This document shows positions 1 through 9,349 of a DNA stretch of 64,000 nt, piece by piece. The translations under genes and the position numbers were made by a program. Source of the stretch: Elusimicrobiota bacterium (GTDB lineage: Bacteria; Elusimicrobiota; Elusimicrobia; F11); assembly GCA_003140895.1 (NCBI GenBank), contig PLLH01000012.1:3661-67660 (forward strand), given 5' to 3'. Under the pieces are notes generated by a model that saw only the letters and a list, made by a program, of their open reading frames with translations, made no database searches and was not told the DNA's origin. How positions within the stretch are numbered: position 1 is the first letter of the stretch; the number at the start of each line of letters is the position of its first letter.

Positions 1-567
1 CACGCAAGGCGCCCCGGCCGCCACCACATCGTCAATCGTCGACTCATCTATGCTGCCAATCACAACAAAGGGAATTCGAAGAGCCGCTTTGTACAACCCG
101 ATGAGCGACAACCCCACTTCCGGATATCCCGGCTTGGTCGGCGTGGCCCAAATGGGACCGCAGCTCACATAATCCGCCCCGGCCTTTTGGGCATCCAACG
201 CCTGATTCAAGGAGTGAGTGGAAGCTCCGATGATCTTCCGATGCCCCAAAATGTCCCGCGCGACTCCAACGGGCATGTCGTTATGCCCCAAATGAACCCC
301 GTCGGCGCCGGTCGCCAAGGCGACATCAACGCGGTTGTTGACGATAAAAAGCGCTCCCGCCTTCTCGCACCGGTCCTTCAGCTTTCGGCCGAGAGCAATC
401 ATCTCCCGGTCCATTCCCCCGTAGCCCCGCAACTGGAGAGCATCGATGCCGCCCCGAAGCATGGCGTCCACTTTCTCCAGCATCGTGGCTTCGTCTTTGG
501 CGAAGGAGGTGATGCCGTAGAGCAGCACATCCGAAAAATTGAGACGTCGGAAAAGTTTGGGGGTCAT
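1..567 (-). CDS. thiE: thiamine-phosphate synthase ThiE (C-terminus runs off the window at position 1)
   Basis: Reverse-strand translation from ATG at 567-565 gives MTPKLFRRLNFSDVLLYGITS...GADYVSCGPIWATPTKPGYPEVGLSLIG...IDDVVAAGAPCV, a classic ThiE/TMP-TENI signature (GADYV..GPI..T.TKP). No stop before position 1. The ORF track lacks it because it is truncated. Confidence 0.85.
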   Translation of the reverse strand, partial: MTPKLFRRLNFSDVLLYGITSFAKDEATMLEKVDAMLRGGIDALQLRGYGGMDREMIALGRKLKDRCEKAGALFIVNNRVDVALATGADGVHLGHNDMPVGVARDILGHRKIIGASTHSLNQALDAQKAGADYVSCGPIWATPTKPGYPEVGLSLIGLYKAALRIPFVVIGSIDESTIDDVVAAGAPCV

Positions 568-989
568 AATCTCTTCAGGAGCCTCTTTTCCTCCGTGTAA
601 AGTTGATAACGAATTTTTTTAAACTCCGGCGCGGCGGCCGGCGAAAAAACCTTGCTGAATTCTTCAAGAACGCGAACCGCTTCCTGGGCTCGCCTCATAT
701 TGGCGGCCGCCACATCCGAAAGACGCGTCCGGCCGGTTTCAACCACGGTTCGCCCGACGTCGGCTCGGCTGTCCCGGGCTTGAATTAATTCGCTGTAGCG
801 CGCCGCCGTAATCCGATGAAGCCCGTGACGAATCGCCCGTAAGCGAACGACCATCGGTTTATCATTCCACAGAAACCGCGCCGTGTCTTCAAGGACCCGA
901 AGTCCCTCGCGGGCCCGGTTTAAATTGGCGTCCAACAGACGCGCCGTGCTCAGATCAACAGGCCGTTTTTTTGTTCGAGCGACGGCCAT
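564..989 (-). CDS. hypothetical 141-aa protein translationally coupled to thiE (possibly a ThiD2-like ThiE-associated domain protein)
   Basis: ORF-track ORF. Its TGA stop overlaps the thiE ATG (ATGA at 564-567). Arg/Ala-rich with a conserved-looking LDANLNRAREGLRVLEDTARF motif. No confident family assignment by eye. Confidence 0.4.
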   Translation of the reverse strand: MAVARTKKRPVDLSTARLLDANLNRAREGLRVLEDTARFLWNDKPMVVRLRAIRHGLHRITAARYSELIQARDSRADVGRTVVETGRTRLSDVAAANMRRAQEAVRVLEEFSKVFSPAAAPEFKKIRYQLYTEEKRLLKRL

Positions 990-1458
990 ACCGTTTCACA
1001 ATCAGATCAATCAGCCCCGAGGTGGACCGCCCCTTAAGAAGCGGAATCCGAACCACTTTCTTCGCGAACTCACGTCCTTTAATGGAATCCGCTTTCCAAT
1101 CGCCGCCTTTGGCCAGCACGTCCGGCTTGACCATGCGGATCAGCTTCTCCGGCGTATCCTCATTAAAAAAAACAACGTAATCGATCAAGGCCATCGCCGC
1201 CAAAAGCGCCCCCCGCTCGTTTTGGGTGAGGATGGGCCGCTTGGGCCCCTTTATCCGTCGGACCGAGGCGTCCGAATTAAGCCCCACGACCAGAACATCG
1301 CCCCATTTCCGGCACTGTGAAAACACTTTCAGATGGCCGGCGTGAACCAAATCGAAACAGCCGTTCGTGAAAACAATTTTCTTTTTCTTCCGGCGTTCCT
1401 GAACCAGCCGCCTGTCTAATTCACGCCACGACAAAAGTTTCCGCTTCATCAAATCCAC
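955..1458 (-). CDS. rfaE: D-glycero-beta-D-manno-heptose 1-phosphate adenylyltransferase (RfaE domain II / HldE C-terminal type cytidylyltransferase)
   Basis: 167 aa. Contains the nucleotidyltransferase motif IVFTNGCFDLVHAGH typical of RfaE-II and the cytidylyltransferase superfamily. Adjacent to gmhA. Confidence 0.8.
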   Translation of the reverse strand: MDLMKRKLLSWRELDRRLVQERRKKKKIVFTNGCFDLVHAGHLKVFSQCRKWGDVLVVGLNSDASVRRIKGPKRPILTQNERGALLAAMALIDYVVFFNEDTPEKLIRMVKPDVLAKGGDWKADSIKGREFAKKVVRIPLLKGRSTSGLIDLIVKRYGRRSNKKTAC

Positions 1459-2046
1459 TCAAGCCGTCGCTTCTTCAACGAGAGCGCACAAAATATGGCC
1501 CACGGTGATATGCGCCTGTTGAACATAGGCTGTGTTTTTTGAGGAAACGCACAGACAAAAATCGCACTCGGCCTTGAGCGTCCCGCCGGTTTCTCCGGCA
1601 AAACCGATCACCAAAGCTCCTTTGGACCGGGCCGCTTTGGCGCCTTCAATCACATTGGCGGACATACCGCTGGTCGAGAGCGCGATCACGACATCGCCGT
1701 CGTTCACCAGGGATTCGACTTGCCTCGAAAAAATCTTCTCAAACCCAAAATCATTGCCGATGGCCGTGAGGACGGAGGTATCCGTCGTGAGGGCCAACGC
1801 CGGAAGGCTTTTCCGCTTCCGATTGGCGTAAGCGCACACAAACTCGGCGGCCATGTGCTGGGCGTCGGCGGCGCTTCCCCCATTTCCAAACAACACCACC
1901 TTCTTGCCTTTTCGTAGAGCTTCCATGAGCGCAACAGCCGCTCTTTCTATTAACTCCGTTTGGGACGCGAGGTTCCCAATGACCGCGCTGGATTCTTTGA
2001 GGCGATCTCCGATTCGAAAGTTATTTGGCATGGCTGTTCGCTCCAT
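1459..2046 (-). CDS. gmhA: phosphoheptose isomerase (SIS domain)
   Basis: 195 aa with SIS-domain motifs (VVLFGNGGSAADAQHMAAEF, VVIALSTSG). Heptose-pathway neighbour rfaE. Confidence 0.85.
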   Translation of the reverse strand: MERTAMPNNFRIGDRLKESSAVIGNLASQTELIERAAVALMEALRKGKKVVLFGNGGSAADAQHMAAEFVCAYANRKRKSLPALALTTDTSVLTAIGNDFGFEKIFSRQVESLVNDGDVVIALSTSGMSANVIEGAKAARSKGALVIGFAGETGGTLKAECDFCLCVSSKNTAYVQQAHITVGHILCALVEEATA

Positions 2047-3394
2047 TCGGGCTGAAATATTTGTCGATGAAATCCGTCGAAAATTGCCCTTTCCGGAAGG
2101 CCGGATGAGCCATCACTTTTTGATGGAAGGGAATCGTCGTTTTAATCCCCTCAACCGTGAATTCACGAAGCGCCCGGGCCATGCGGGCCACGGCGGCATC
2201 CCGCCCCCGCGCCGATCCCACAATCAGTTTCCCCAAGAGACTGTCATAATGAGTCGGCACCGTGTATCCCGCGTAAATGTGCGTGTCCACGCGAACCCCA
2301 GGTCCCCCTGGAAGAATGAGCCCCGTGATTTTCCCCGGCGACGGCGAAAAATTGTTATCCGGATCCTCGGCGTTGATGCGGCATTCCATGGCGTGCCCCA
2401 AAATCCGGACATCGTCTTTGTCGTAGCCGAGTTCTTCCCCCGCCGCCAAACGAATCTGTTCTTTGATGAGGTCGATCCCGGTGACGATTTCCGTCACCGG
2501 ATGCTCCACCTGGATCCGCGTGTTCATTTCCAGAAAATAAAAATCACTTTCCCCGTCGTAGAGAAATTCCACGGTTCCCACCGTCACGTACTTCGCCGCT
2601 CGAGCGGCCCGGCGGGCGGCCTTGCCCATCTTTTTCCGGAGGCGATCCGTCACGAGAGGCGACGGGGATTCCTCCACCAATTTCTGATGCCGGCGCTGAA
2701 TGGTGCAGTCCCGTTCGGGATAGCTCACCACGTTGCCTTCCATGTCACCCGCAATTTGCACCTCAATGTGATGCGGGGACTCCAAATATTTCTCAAGAAA
2801 AACGCCGGCTTCTTTGAACGACAACTTGGCTTCGCCTTGAGCGGCCAAGATGGCGTCTTTGAGCTGGCCTTCTTCAAAAACGATTCTCATCCCTTTCCCG
2901 CCGCCGCCGGCCCGGGCTTTGACCATAATGGGGTAACCGATCTTCTTGGCGATTTTAAAAAGCCCCGGGTCCTCCGCGGACACAGGGCCGTCCGTTCCCG
3001 GAAGAACGGGCACGCCGTAACGCTCAACCAGCTGGCGCGCCATCACTTTGTCTCCCATGTTTTTGATGGAGTCGGGGCTTGGTCCGATAAATTTGATGCC
3101 GCAGGACTCGCACACTTCGGCGAAATGGGCGTTTTCAGAAAGAAATCCATACCCCGGATGAATGGCGTCGGCTCCCGTGATCTCCGCCGCCGAAATGAGC
3201 GCCGGAATATTCAAATAACTGTCGGTGGCGGGCGCGGGGCCAATACACACGGATTCATCCGCCAAGCGGACGTGCAACGATTCCCGGTCCACATCCGAAT
3301 GAACGGCCACCGTCGGAATCCCCAGCTCCCGGCAGGCCCGGATCACGCGAACGGCAATTTCCCCGCGATTGGCGATCAAAACTTTTTTAAACAT
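2021..3394 (-). CDS. accC: acetyl-CoA carboxylase biotin carboxylase subunit
   Basis: 457 aa: MFKKVLIANRGEIAVRVIRACRELGI..., ATP-grasp motifs, EMNTRIQVEHPVTE. Immediately downstream of accB. Confidence 0.95.
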   Translation of the reverse strand: MFKKVLIANRGEIAVRVIRACRELGIPTVAVHSDVDRESLHVRLADESVCIGPAPATDSYLNIPALISAAEITGADAIHPGYGFLSENAHFAEVCESCGIKFIGPSPDSIKNMGDKVMARQLVERYGVPVLPGTDGPVSAEDPGLFKIAKKIGYPIMVKARAGGGGKGMRIVFEEGQLKDAILAAQGEAKLSFKEAGVFLEKYLESPHHIEVQIAGDMEGNVVSYPERDCTIQRRHQKLVEESPSPLVTDRLRKKMGKAARRAARAAKYVTVGTVEFLYDGESDFYFLEMNTRIQVEHPVTEIVTGIDLIKEQIRLAAGEELGYDKDDVRILGHAMECRINAEDPDNNFSPSPGKITGLILPGGPGVRVDTHIYAGYTVPTHYDSLLGKLIVGSARGRDAAVARMARALREFTVEGIKTTIPFHQKVMAHPAFRKGQFSTDFIDKYFSPNGANSHAK

Positions 3395-3843
3395 TACTCT
3401 TCCCCTTCCCCCGTCGATTCCTCCATAGGACCCATCTCAAAGAGAGGCTGGCCGTATTCCACTTTCTGGCCATCGTCGACTAAAATTTTCGATATGATCC
3501 CTTCGCAAAAACTCGTCACGTCCGTCGGAATTTTCATGCATTCCACGACACCCAACCGGTCGCCCGGTTTGACATGCTCTCCCTCAACAATCAAAGGGGG
3601 TCTGTCTTTCGATACGGAGCGCCGGAACGTGCCCACCAACGGAGAACGAACCGTAAAGTCCTTCTTTTCTTCCTCCTTGGCGGCTCCATTTTTAGAGCCG
3701 GCCTTGGGGGACTGCGCTTTAACCAAACTGCCGCGCTTAAACGACACTCGAAACCCTTTGTCCTGCCATGTCACTTCGGTCAGCCCATGGCTCTCGGCAA
3801 ACGTCAGCAGTTCGCGGATTTTTTCTTCAACAATTGGTTTCAT
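3394..3843 (-). CDS. accB: acetyl-CoA carboxylase biotin carboxyl carrier protein
   Basis: 149 aa. C-terminal biotinyl domain with the ...VVECMKIPTDV... lysine motif. Stop and start overlap with accC. Confidence 0.85.
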   Translation of the reverse strand: MKPIVEEKIRELLTFAESHGLTEVTWQDKGFRVSFKRGSLVKAQSPKAGSKNGAAKEEEKKDFTVRSPLVGTFRRSVSKDRPPLIVEGEHVKPGDRLGVVECMKIPTDVTSFCEGIISKILVDDGQKVEYGQPLFEMGPMEESTGEGEE

Positions 3844-3891
3844 TCTTATTCCCCCTTTGGAAGTGAACCGGCGTTACGATTGCGTCGGGCT

Positions 3892-4449
3892 TTAAGCCCG
3901 CTCGAGATATTCTCCCGAACGCGTGTCGACTTTCACGACATCGCCTTCGGTGATGAAGAGTGGAACCGCCAACTCAAGCCCCGTTTCCAGCGTGGCCGGT
4001 TTCACCATGTTGGACACGCTGTCTCCTTTGACACCCGGAACCGTCTGGGTCACTTTAAGTTGGACGGAGGCCGGCAATTGGATGTTGAGAAACTCGCCAT
4101 CCAGATACAGGGCTTCCACGTCCATGTTTTCCATGAGATATTTTTCTGAACCGCCCAACTGGACCACGTTGATTTCAAGATCCTCATACGTTTCCGCGTC
4201 CACGAAATGGTATTTCTCGCCCTCTTTGTAGAGGTACTGCTTTTTCTTCCGGAGCAGTTCCACGCCCCGGAATTTTTCGCCGGACTTGAAGGTCCGTTCG
4301 ATGATGGCGCCGTTACGCAGATTTTTGAGTTTGAGGCGCATCATCGCGCCGCCTTTCCCCGGTTTGTGATGCTGAAACCAAACCACCTGCCAAATGTTGT
4401 TGTCGTATTCGAAGACGGTCCCGTTTCTGAATTCAGATGTATCAATCAT
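3892..4449 (-). CDS. efp: elongation factor P
   Basis: 185 aa. KPGKGGA loop with a lysine at the modified-residue position. Three OB domains recognisable. Confidence 0.9.
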   Translation of the reverse strand: MIDTSEFRNGTVFEYDNNIWQVVWFQHHKPGKGGAMMRLKLKNLRNGAIIERTFKSGEKFRGVELLRKKKQYLYKEGEKYHFVDAETYEDLEINVVQLGGSEKYLMENMDVEALYLDGEFLNIQLPASVQLKVTQTVPGVKGDSVSNMVKPATLETGLELAVPLFITEGDVVKVDTRSGEYLERA

Positions 4450-4622
4450 TGTTCACTCCGTAAGTCCGTCCAACCTGCCAAACGCCCCACATTCCCCAGA
4501 GTTGTCATGCAATTGTGTTCAGGGCGGCTTTGCCGCTTAAGAGCCAAGCACACAAAACCGATTCGGGATGAGATGCGAAACGAAAATTCCTTTAATTTGG
4601 ATTGTTAGCGGAAAATTAATAT

Positions 4623-5663
4623 CTACCTGGTTAAAATTTCTGAGCCAAAGGGCGTAACGAGAAGAGTGTCTTCAATCCGGACCCCGAAACGACCCGGGAT
4701 ATAAATCCCCGGTTCAACCGTAATAACCATGCCGGCTTTCAGCTTATCTTTGGCCCCCGGTCCAAGGCGTGGATGCTCATGAATATCAATCCCAACGCCA
4801 TGCCCCGTGCTGTGAACGAATTCTTTGCCAAACCCATGCTTCTTTATGACATTTCGAGCGGCCTCATCAACCGACCCCGCCGTGACACCGGGTTTAATGC
4901 GACAAATACCTTCGTTTTGAGCCTTTTCAACGATCCGAAAGACCCGTTGAAAAGAAGGGCTGATCCTACCTAAAGGGAACGTTCGGGTCAAGTCGGAACG
5001 ATACCCCTCTACCATGGCGCCGATGTCACAAATAACCGGTTCTCCGGCCTTCATTTTATAGTCCGAGGTGACATGATGGGGGTGGGATGAATGAGGGCCG
5101 GCGGCAATAATGAGGTCAAACGCCACCCCATCTGATTTCTTATTGAAAAAATGAGCCAAATCAGCCGCCGCCGACCTTTCGGTCCGGCCCGGTTTGAGAC
5201 GTTTCTTGACAAAATCGGCGCCCAAAGCGGCCAAATGGTTGGCCCGGCGCATCCGATCCAGTTCTAAGGCGTCCTTCACAGCTCGCAATTGAGTCACCAA
5301 CCCCCGTTTGGGAATAAACCCCATCTTCTTCAGCGCCGCTCCCAACGAATAATCCAGTTGATCGGGGTCAAAACCGATCTTTTTGATCTTATGGGCCTTG
5401 GTCACCTTCTGGAGGGAAGGGAAAAAAGTCCCTTGAATACACTCAAACCCGGAGGTGTGGGCCTTGGTTTGCTGAAAAAGAAGGCTCGGCACGAAAAGCC
5501 AGGCGTCTTGGAGCCCGATGAACGCGTAATACCCTTCTGTCTTGAAATCCGTGAAATAATAAACGTCCGAGAGGTTCGTTAACAGGTAAGCCTCCAGCTT
5601 GTTTTCCCGAAGCACATCGCGGAGCGCTTCCATTCGAAGGGAGAGAAAAGGAGACGAAACCAT
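4623..5663 (-). CDS. M24-family Xaa-Pro aminopeptidase / prolidase
   Basis: 346 aa. Pita-bread metal-ligand motifs HGVGIDIHEHP and GMVITVEPGIY. Creatinase-like N-terminal domain. Confidence 0.75.
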   Translation of the reverse strand: MVSSPFLSLRMEALRDVLRENKLEAYLLTNLSDVYYFTDFKTEGYYAFIGLQDAWLFVPSLLFQQTKAHTSGFECIQGTFFPSLQKVTKAHKIKKIGFDPDQLDYSLGAALKKMGFIPKRGLVTQLRAVKDALELDRMRRANHLAALGADFVKKRLKPGRTERSAAADLAHFFNKKSDGVAFDLIIAAGPHSSHPHHVTSDYKMKAGEPVICDIGAMVEGYRSDLTRTFPLGRISPSFQRVFRIVEKAQNEGICRIKPGVTAGSVDEAARNVIKKHGFGKEFVHSTGHGVGIDIHEHPRLGPGAKDKLKAGMVITVEPGIYIPGRFGVRIEDTLLVTPFGSEILTR

Positions 5664-6779
5664 TTAGACCGACATCCGTCTATAAATGGCCTTCAGGAGA
5701 GCGGTGGGAATACCGCTTTGAACAGTCGCATGCCCGATTTTTGTCGGCAGAACAAACCGAAGACGCCCGGACACATTTTTTTTATCGGATTTGAGAGCTT
5801 TCCAAAAAGAGGACGCTTTCACGCCGCGTGGAATTCGGATGGGCAAGCCCACCGCGTCCAGCAGAGAAAGGAGACGAAGTTGATCTTGATGACCCCACAG
5901 CCGGAGCGCGCACGACACCCATCCCGCCGCCGCCATGCCGATACTGACCGCCTGTCCGTGCGTCAAGGTGGAATAACGCGTGGCGGCTTCCAGCGCGTGG
6001 CCGGTGGTATGTCCAAAATTCAAAATCTCACGCCCGCCTTTGAGCGGCGTTTCCCGTTCATCCGCGCTCACCACCTCCGCCTTCATTTGAGCCGACCGAA
6101 CAAGGATTTCCTCGATCGACGCCGGCGGCCACGTCATGACCGAAGCGTTTTTTCGGATCTGGTTCTCCAGCCACTGAAAAAAGGAGGCGTCTTTGATAAC
6201 GCCATATTTCACCACTTCCGCGAATCCGGTTTTCCATTCCCGTTCCGGCAAGGTGCGCAAAAAGGCCGGGTCGATCCAGACGAGTTTGGGATGCCAAAAC
6301 GCCCCCACTAAATTTTTCCCTTCGTTACGGTCAATCCCCGTCTTCCCGCCGATAGAAGCGTCCACCATCCCCAAAAGAGTGGTGGGCAGGGAAACGTACG
6401 AAAGTCCCCGCATATACGTGGCGGCAAAATACCCGGCCAGATCCGTGATGACGCCGCCCCCCAGCGCCAGAACGAGCGTTTTTCGATCCACGCCCAGCTG
6501 AAGAGCTGTCCGGTACAGCCGATCCAGCGTTCCGGAATTTTTCTGAGACTCTCCGTTCGGAATCACCAGCGATTCGACAGAAAATCCCCCCTGTTTTAAA
6601 ACGCCTTCGACCCTTCGAAGATGACCCTTTTTCTGAAGGGCGCGTGAGGTTATCAAGAACACGCGAGAGGAGGAGAACCCGGCTTTTTTAAGCGCGAGAA
6701 CAAACGGACGGCCCAGCGGGGCCACAACGAGTGGATAAGACGAATCCGCTTTTTTCAAACGAACCGAAAGACGCTTCAT
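5664..6779 (-). CDS. aroB: 3-dehydroquinate synthase
   Basis: 371 aa. GGGVITDLAGYFAATYMRG NAD-binding motif and metal-binding His residues. Confidence 0.9.
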   Translation of the reverse strand: MKRLSVRLKKADSSYPLVVAPLGRPFVLALKKAGFSSSRVFLITSRALQKKGHLRRVEGVLKQGGFSVESLVIPNGESQKNSGTLDRLYRTALQLGVDRKTLVLALGGGVITDLAGYFAATYMRGLSYVSLPTTLLGMVDASIGGKTGIDRNEGKNLVGAFWHPKLVWIDPAFLRTLPEREWKTGFAEVVKYGVIKDASFFQWLENQIRKNASVMTWPPASIEEILVRSAQMKAEVVSADERETPLKGGREILNFGHTTGHALEAATRYSTLTHGQAVSIGMAAAGWVSCALRLWGHQDQLRLLSLLDAVGLPIRIPRGVKASSFWKALKSDKKNVSGRLRFVLPTKIGHATVQSGIPTALLKAIYRRMSV

Positions 6780-7291
6780 TTGGGAGACGGTGAGATGGGG
6801 ATCATTTGGAGAATTTTGGAGACAATCTCCTCCGGCGACAGGAGATCTGACTCAATAATATGGTCGGCCTGGGCATACACTTGTTCCCTCTCTTTGAGCC
6901 GGGTTCGAATGGACGAAAGCGGATCCTTCGGATCAATCAACGGACGAGAGGCGATATTTTTGATTCGCTTCAGAACCGTTTCCGGAGACACTTTCAACAA
7001 CACCACTTCTCCGTTTCGGCGGAGGTTTTCCATGTTGACGGGGTCCAGCGGAGCGCCGCCGCCGGTTGAAATCACGCATTGATCCATGAGACCCACGAGC
7101 GCCATCGCCTTTTTCTCCATTTCACGAAAAGCCGCTTCCCCTTGGGAGTTGATGATATCCGCAATGGAGGTTCCCACTTGTTTCGTGATCATCTCATCCG
7201 TGTCGTAATGGAACCAATCCAACTTTTTGGCCAACAATTGGCCCACTCTGGATTTGCCGGACCCCATAAAACCAATCAGAACGATTTTCAA
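6776..7291 (-). CDS. aroK: shikimate kinase
   Basis: 171 aa. Walker A at the N-terminus (MKIVLIGFMGSGKS). Overlaps the aroB start by 4 nt. Confidence 0.9.
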   Translation of the reverse strand: MKIVLIGFMGSGKSRVGQLLAKKLDWFHYDTDEMITKQVGTSIADIINSQGEAAFREMEKKAMALVGLMDQCVISTGGGAPLDPVNMENLRRNGEVVLLKVSPETVLKRIKNIASRPLIDPKDPLSSIRTRLKEREQVYAQADHIIESDLLSPEEIVSKILQMIPISPSPK

Positions 7292-7292
7292 A

Positions 7293-8459
7293 TTAAAAAT
7301 TCCGAACGGCGGCCTGGTATCGATCGAAATTGTCGCGTGTCTCGCGAATCGAATCCCCGCCGAATTTTGACAGGAACACCTGAGCCAAGGTGATGGCTGT
7401 GACCGCTTCGCCGATCACCGCCGCGGCCGCCACCGGCGCCACGTCCGAGCGGACAATCTCCGCCTTGATCTCTTCCTTCGTTTTGATGTGAACGGAATGA
7501 AGAGGCCGCCCTAAACTCGCCAACGGCTTGAAGGTCGCTCGAAGAACAACCGGCTCTCCATTGGTCATGCCGCCTTCAATGCCGCCGGCGTGATTCGTTT
7601 TTCTAAAAAAACCTTTGTCCATGTCGTAGAAAATCTCGTCATGCGCCTTGGATCCTTTAACGGACGCCAAATGAAGTCCGTCTCCCACCTCGACGGACTT
7701 GTGAGCCTGGATCGACATGAGAGCCTGGGCCAAAAGCCCGTCCAGTTTCAAATCCCATTGAATGTGCGATCCAAGTCCCACCGGAAGACCGGTAGCCACT
7801 ACTTCATAAAGTCCGCCCAGCGTATCGCCGGCTCTCTTGGCGACTTGAATGGCCGCCATCATTTTCTTAGTGGCCTGCGCGTCGGCGCAACGCACGGGCG
7901 ATTCCTCGGCCTGAGCATGAATCTCCGCCGCAGGCAAGGGCGGCCGTTTGGATTTAACGCCGCCAATCTCCAACACCCAGGAATAAATGTGGATATCGAA
8001 AAGAGACAGAAATTTTCGGCAGACGGCGCCCACCGCCGTGCGAGCCGCCGTTTCGCGGGCGCTGGCTCGTTCCAAAATATCCCGCGTGTCCCGCCGGTTA
8101 AATTTGAGAACGCCCGCCAAATCGGCATGGCCCGGACGCGGGCGGACGAGGCTGTATTTCTCGTCGAAGGCGTCAGCTTCCACCGACATGATTTTTTCCC
8201 AGTGCACCCAATCCTTGTTCTCTACCGTCAGGGTGATGGGAGAGCCCAGGGTCTGACCGAACCGAAGTCCGGAGACGAATTCGACGGCGTCATTTTCGAT
8301 GTACTGCTGCCGTGCCCCCCGCCCAAACGTGTGCTGGCGACGAGCCAGTTCCACGTCCACTTCTTTTTTCGTGACCGGAACGCCGGCGGGAAGGCCTTCC
8401 AGAATGGCCGTGAGACATTTCCCGTGTGATTCGCCTGATGTGAGATATCGAAGTCCCAT
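7293..8459 (-). CDS. aroC: chorismate synthase
   Basis: 388 aa: MGLRYLTSGESHGKCLTAILEGLPAGVP..., full-length chorismate synthase signature. Confidence 0.95.
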   Translation of the reverse strand: MGLRYLTSGESHGKCLTAILEGLPAGVPVTKKEVDVELARRQHTFGRGARQQYIENDAVEFVSGLRFGQTLGSPITLTVENKDWVHWEKIMSVEADAFDEKYSLVRPRPGHADLAGVLKFNRRDTRDILERASARETAARTAVGAVCRKFLSLFDIHIYSWVLEIGGVKSKRPPLPAAEIHAQAEESPVRCADAQATKKMMAAIQVAKRAGDTLGGLYEVVATGLPVGLGSHIQWDLKLDGLLAQALMSIQAHKSVEVGDGLHLASVKGSKAHDEIFYDMDKGFFRKTNHAGGIEGGMTNGEPVVLRATFKPLASLGRPLHSVHIKTKEEIKAEIVRSDVAPVAAAAVIGEAVTAITLAQVFLSKFGGDSIRETRDNFDRYQAAVRNF

Positions 8460-8466
8460 AATTTCT

Positions 8467-9348
8467 TTATACCTTTTTTATCGCATTTTGGAGCGCCAAA
8501 CGCATCACTTCGACGGGCGCGGGAGCGCCCATCCAAATCCGAAACGACGCGGCGCCTTGATACAACAACATCCCCAACCCGCCCGACACGCGCGCTCCGC
8601 GTTCCCGCGCCCGTCGCATAAATTCGGTCTCTCGATGATAAATCACGTCGAACACCGACTGCCCCTCTCGGAAGGCCAACTCCGGCAAGGAAGCCTCTTT
8701 TTCAGGAGAAAGCCCGACGGAGGTGGCGTTCACGACAAGATCCGCCGCCCCCATGGGTTCCCTTAATGAATCGCCGTGAGTGAGAAACCGGATGCGTGGT
8801 TCGGAATTTGTGAACGATCCCCGCTCACGCTGAGGCGACCGGTTCCACCAAAAAATTTCTCTAACTCCCAAATCGAGCAGTTTCGCCACAATAACGCGCC
8901 CCGTCCCCCCCGCTCCGAGAACCAACGAGGACCGGTTCTCCGCCTCAAATTCCAAATCCAGCTCAATCGCGTCTTGAAAACCATTTCCATCGGTGTTGGT
9001 CCCGCCCACGCCCTGAGAATCGAACACGAGAGTATTCACAGCCCCCACCGCTTTCGCGAAGGGGTCCAACCGGTCAACATGCTCGCAAACCGCCCCTTTA
9101 TGCGGCACAGTGACATTGATCCCGCGAAGCTTAAACCGGCGGGCCAGCTCAACCGCCTCAGCCAGCTCCTGGGGCTTTACCTGGAACGCGTGATATTGCG
9201 GAGACCGTCGATCCTCCTTCTGCAGCACCATCGACCACGTCTTCAGGGCCGCGCTGTGCATGAGAGGAGAGAGCGAATGACCGATCGGATCGCCGATGAT
9301 CCCCAAATCTCCCGGCTGTGTTTTTTCAAATTGTTGTTCCAACACCAT
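8467..9348 (-). CDS. aroE: shikimate dehydrogenase
   Basis: 294 aa from an internal ATG at 9348: MVLEQQFEKTQPGDLGIIGDPIGHSLSPLMHSAALK...NTDGNGF. The ORF-track ORF extends 142 aa further upstream in a frame that overlaps the TPR gene, so the upstream part is judged spurious. Confidence 0.85.
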   Translation of the reverse strand: MVLEQQFEKTQPGDLGIIGDPIGHSLSPLMHSAALKTWSMVLQKEDRRSPQYHAFQVKPQELAEAVELARRFKLRGINVTVPHKGAVCEHVDRLDPFAKAVGAVNTLVFDSQGVGGTNTDGNGFQDAIELDLEFEAENRSSLVLGAGGTGRVIVAKLLDLGVREIFWWNRSPQRERGSFTNSEPRIRFLTHGDSLREPMGAADLVVNATSVGLSPEKEASLPELAFREGQSVFDVIYHRETEFMRRARERGARVSGGLGMLLYQGAASFRIWMGAPAPVEVMRLALQNAIKKV

Positions 9349-9349
9349 G

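Noticed and set aside
187-600. 137-aa plus-strand ORF at the window start
   Set aside because: Antisense to thiE, whose reverse-strand translation carries the full TMP-synthase signature. No recognisable motifs.
1853-3895. 680-aa plus-strand ORF, the longest ordinary-length ORF in the region
   Set aside because: It runs antisense across accC and accB and crosses their gene boundary. The sense frames have unmistakable AccC/AccB sequence. A long open antisense frame is expected in a GC-rich, codon-biased stretch.
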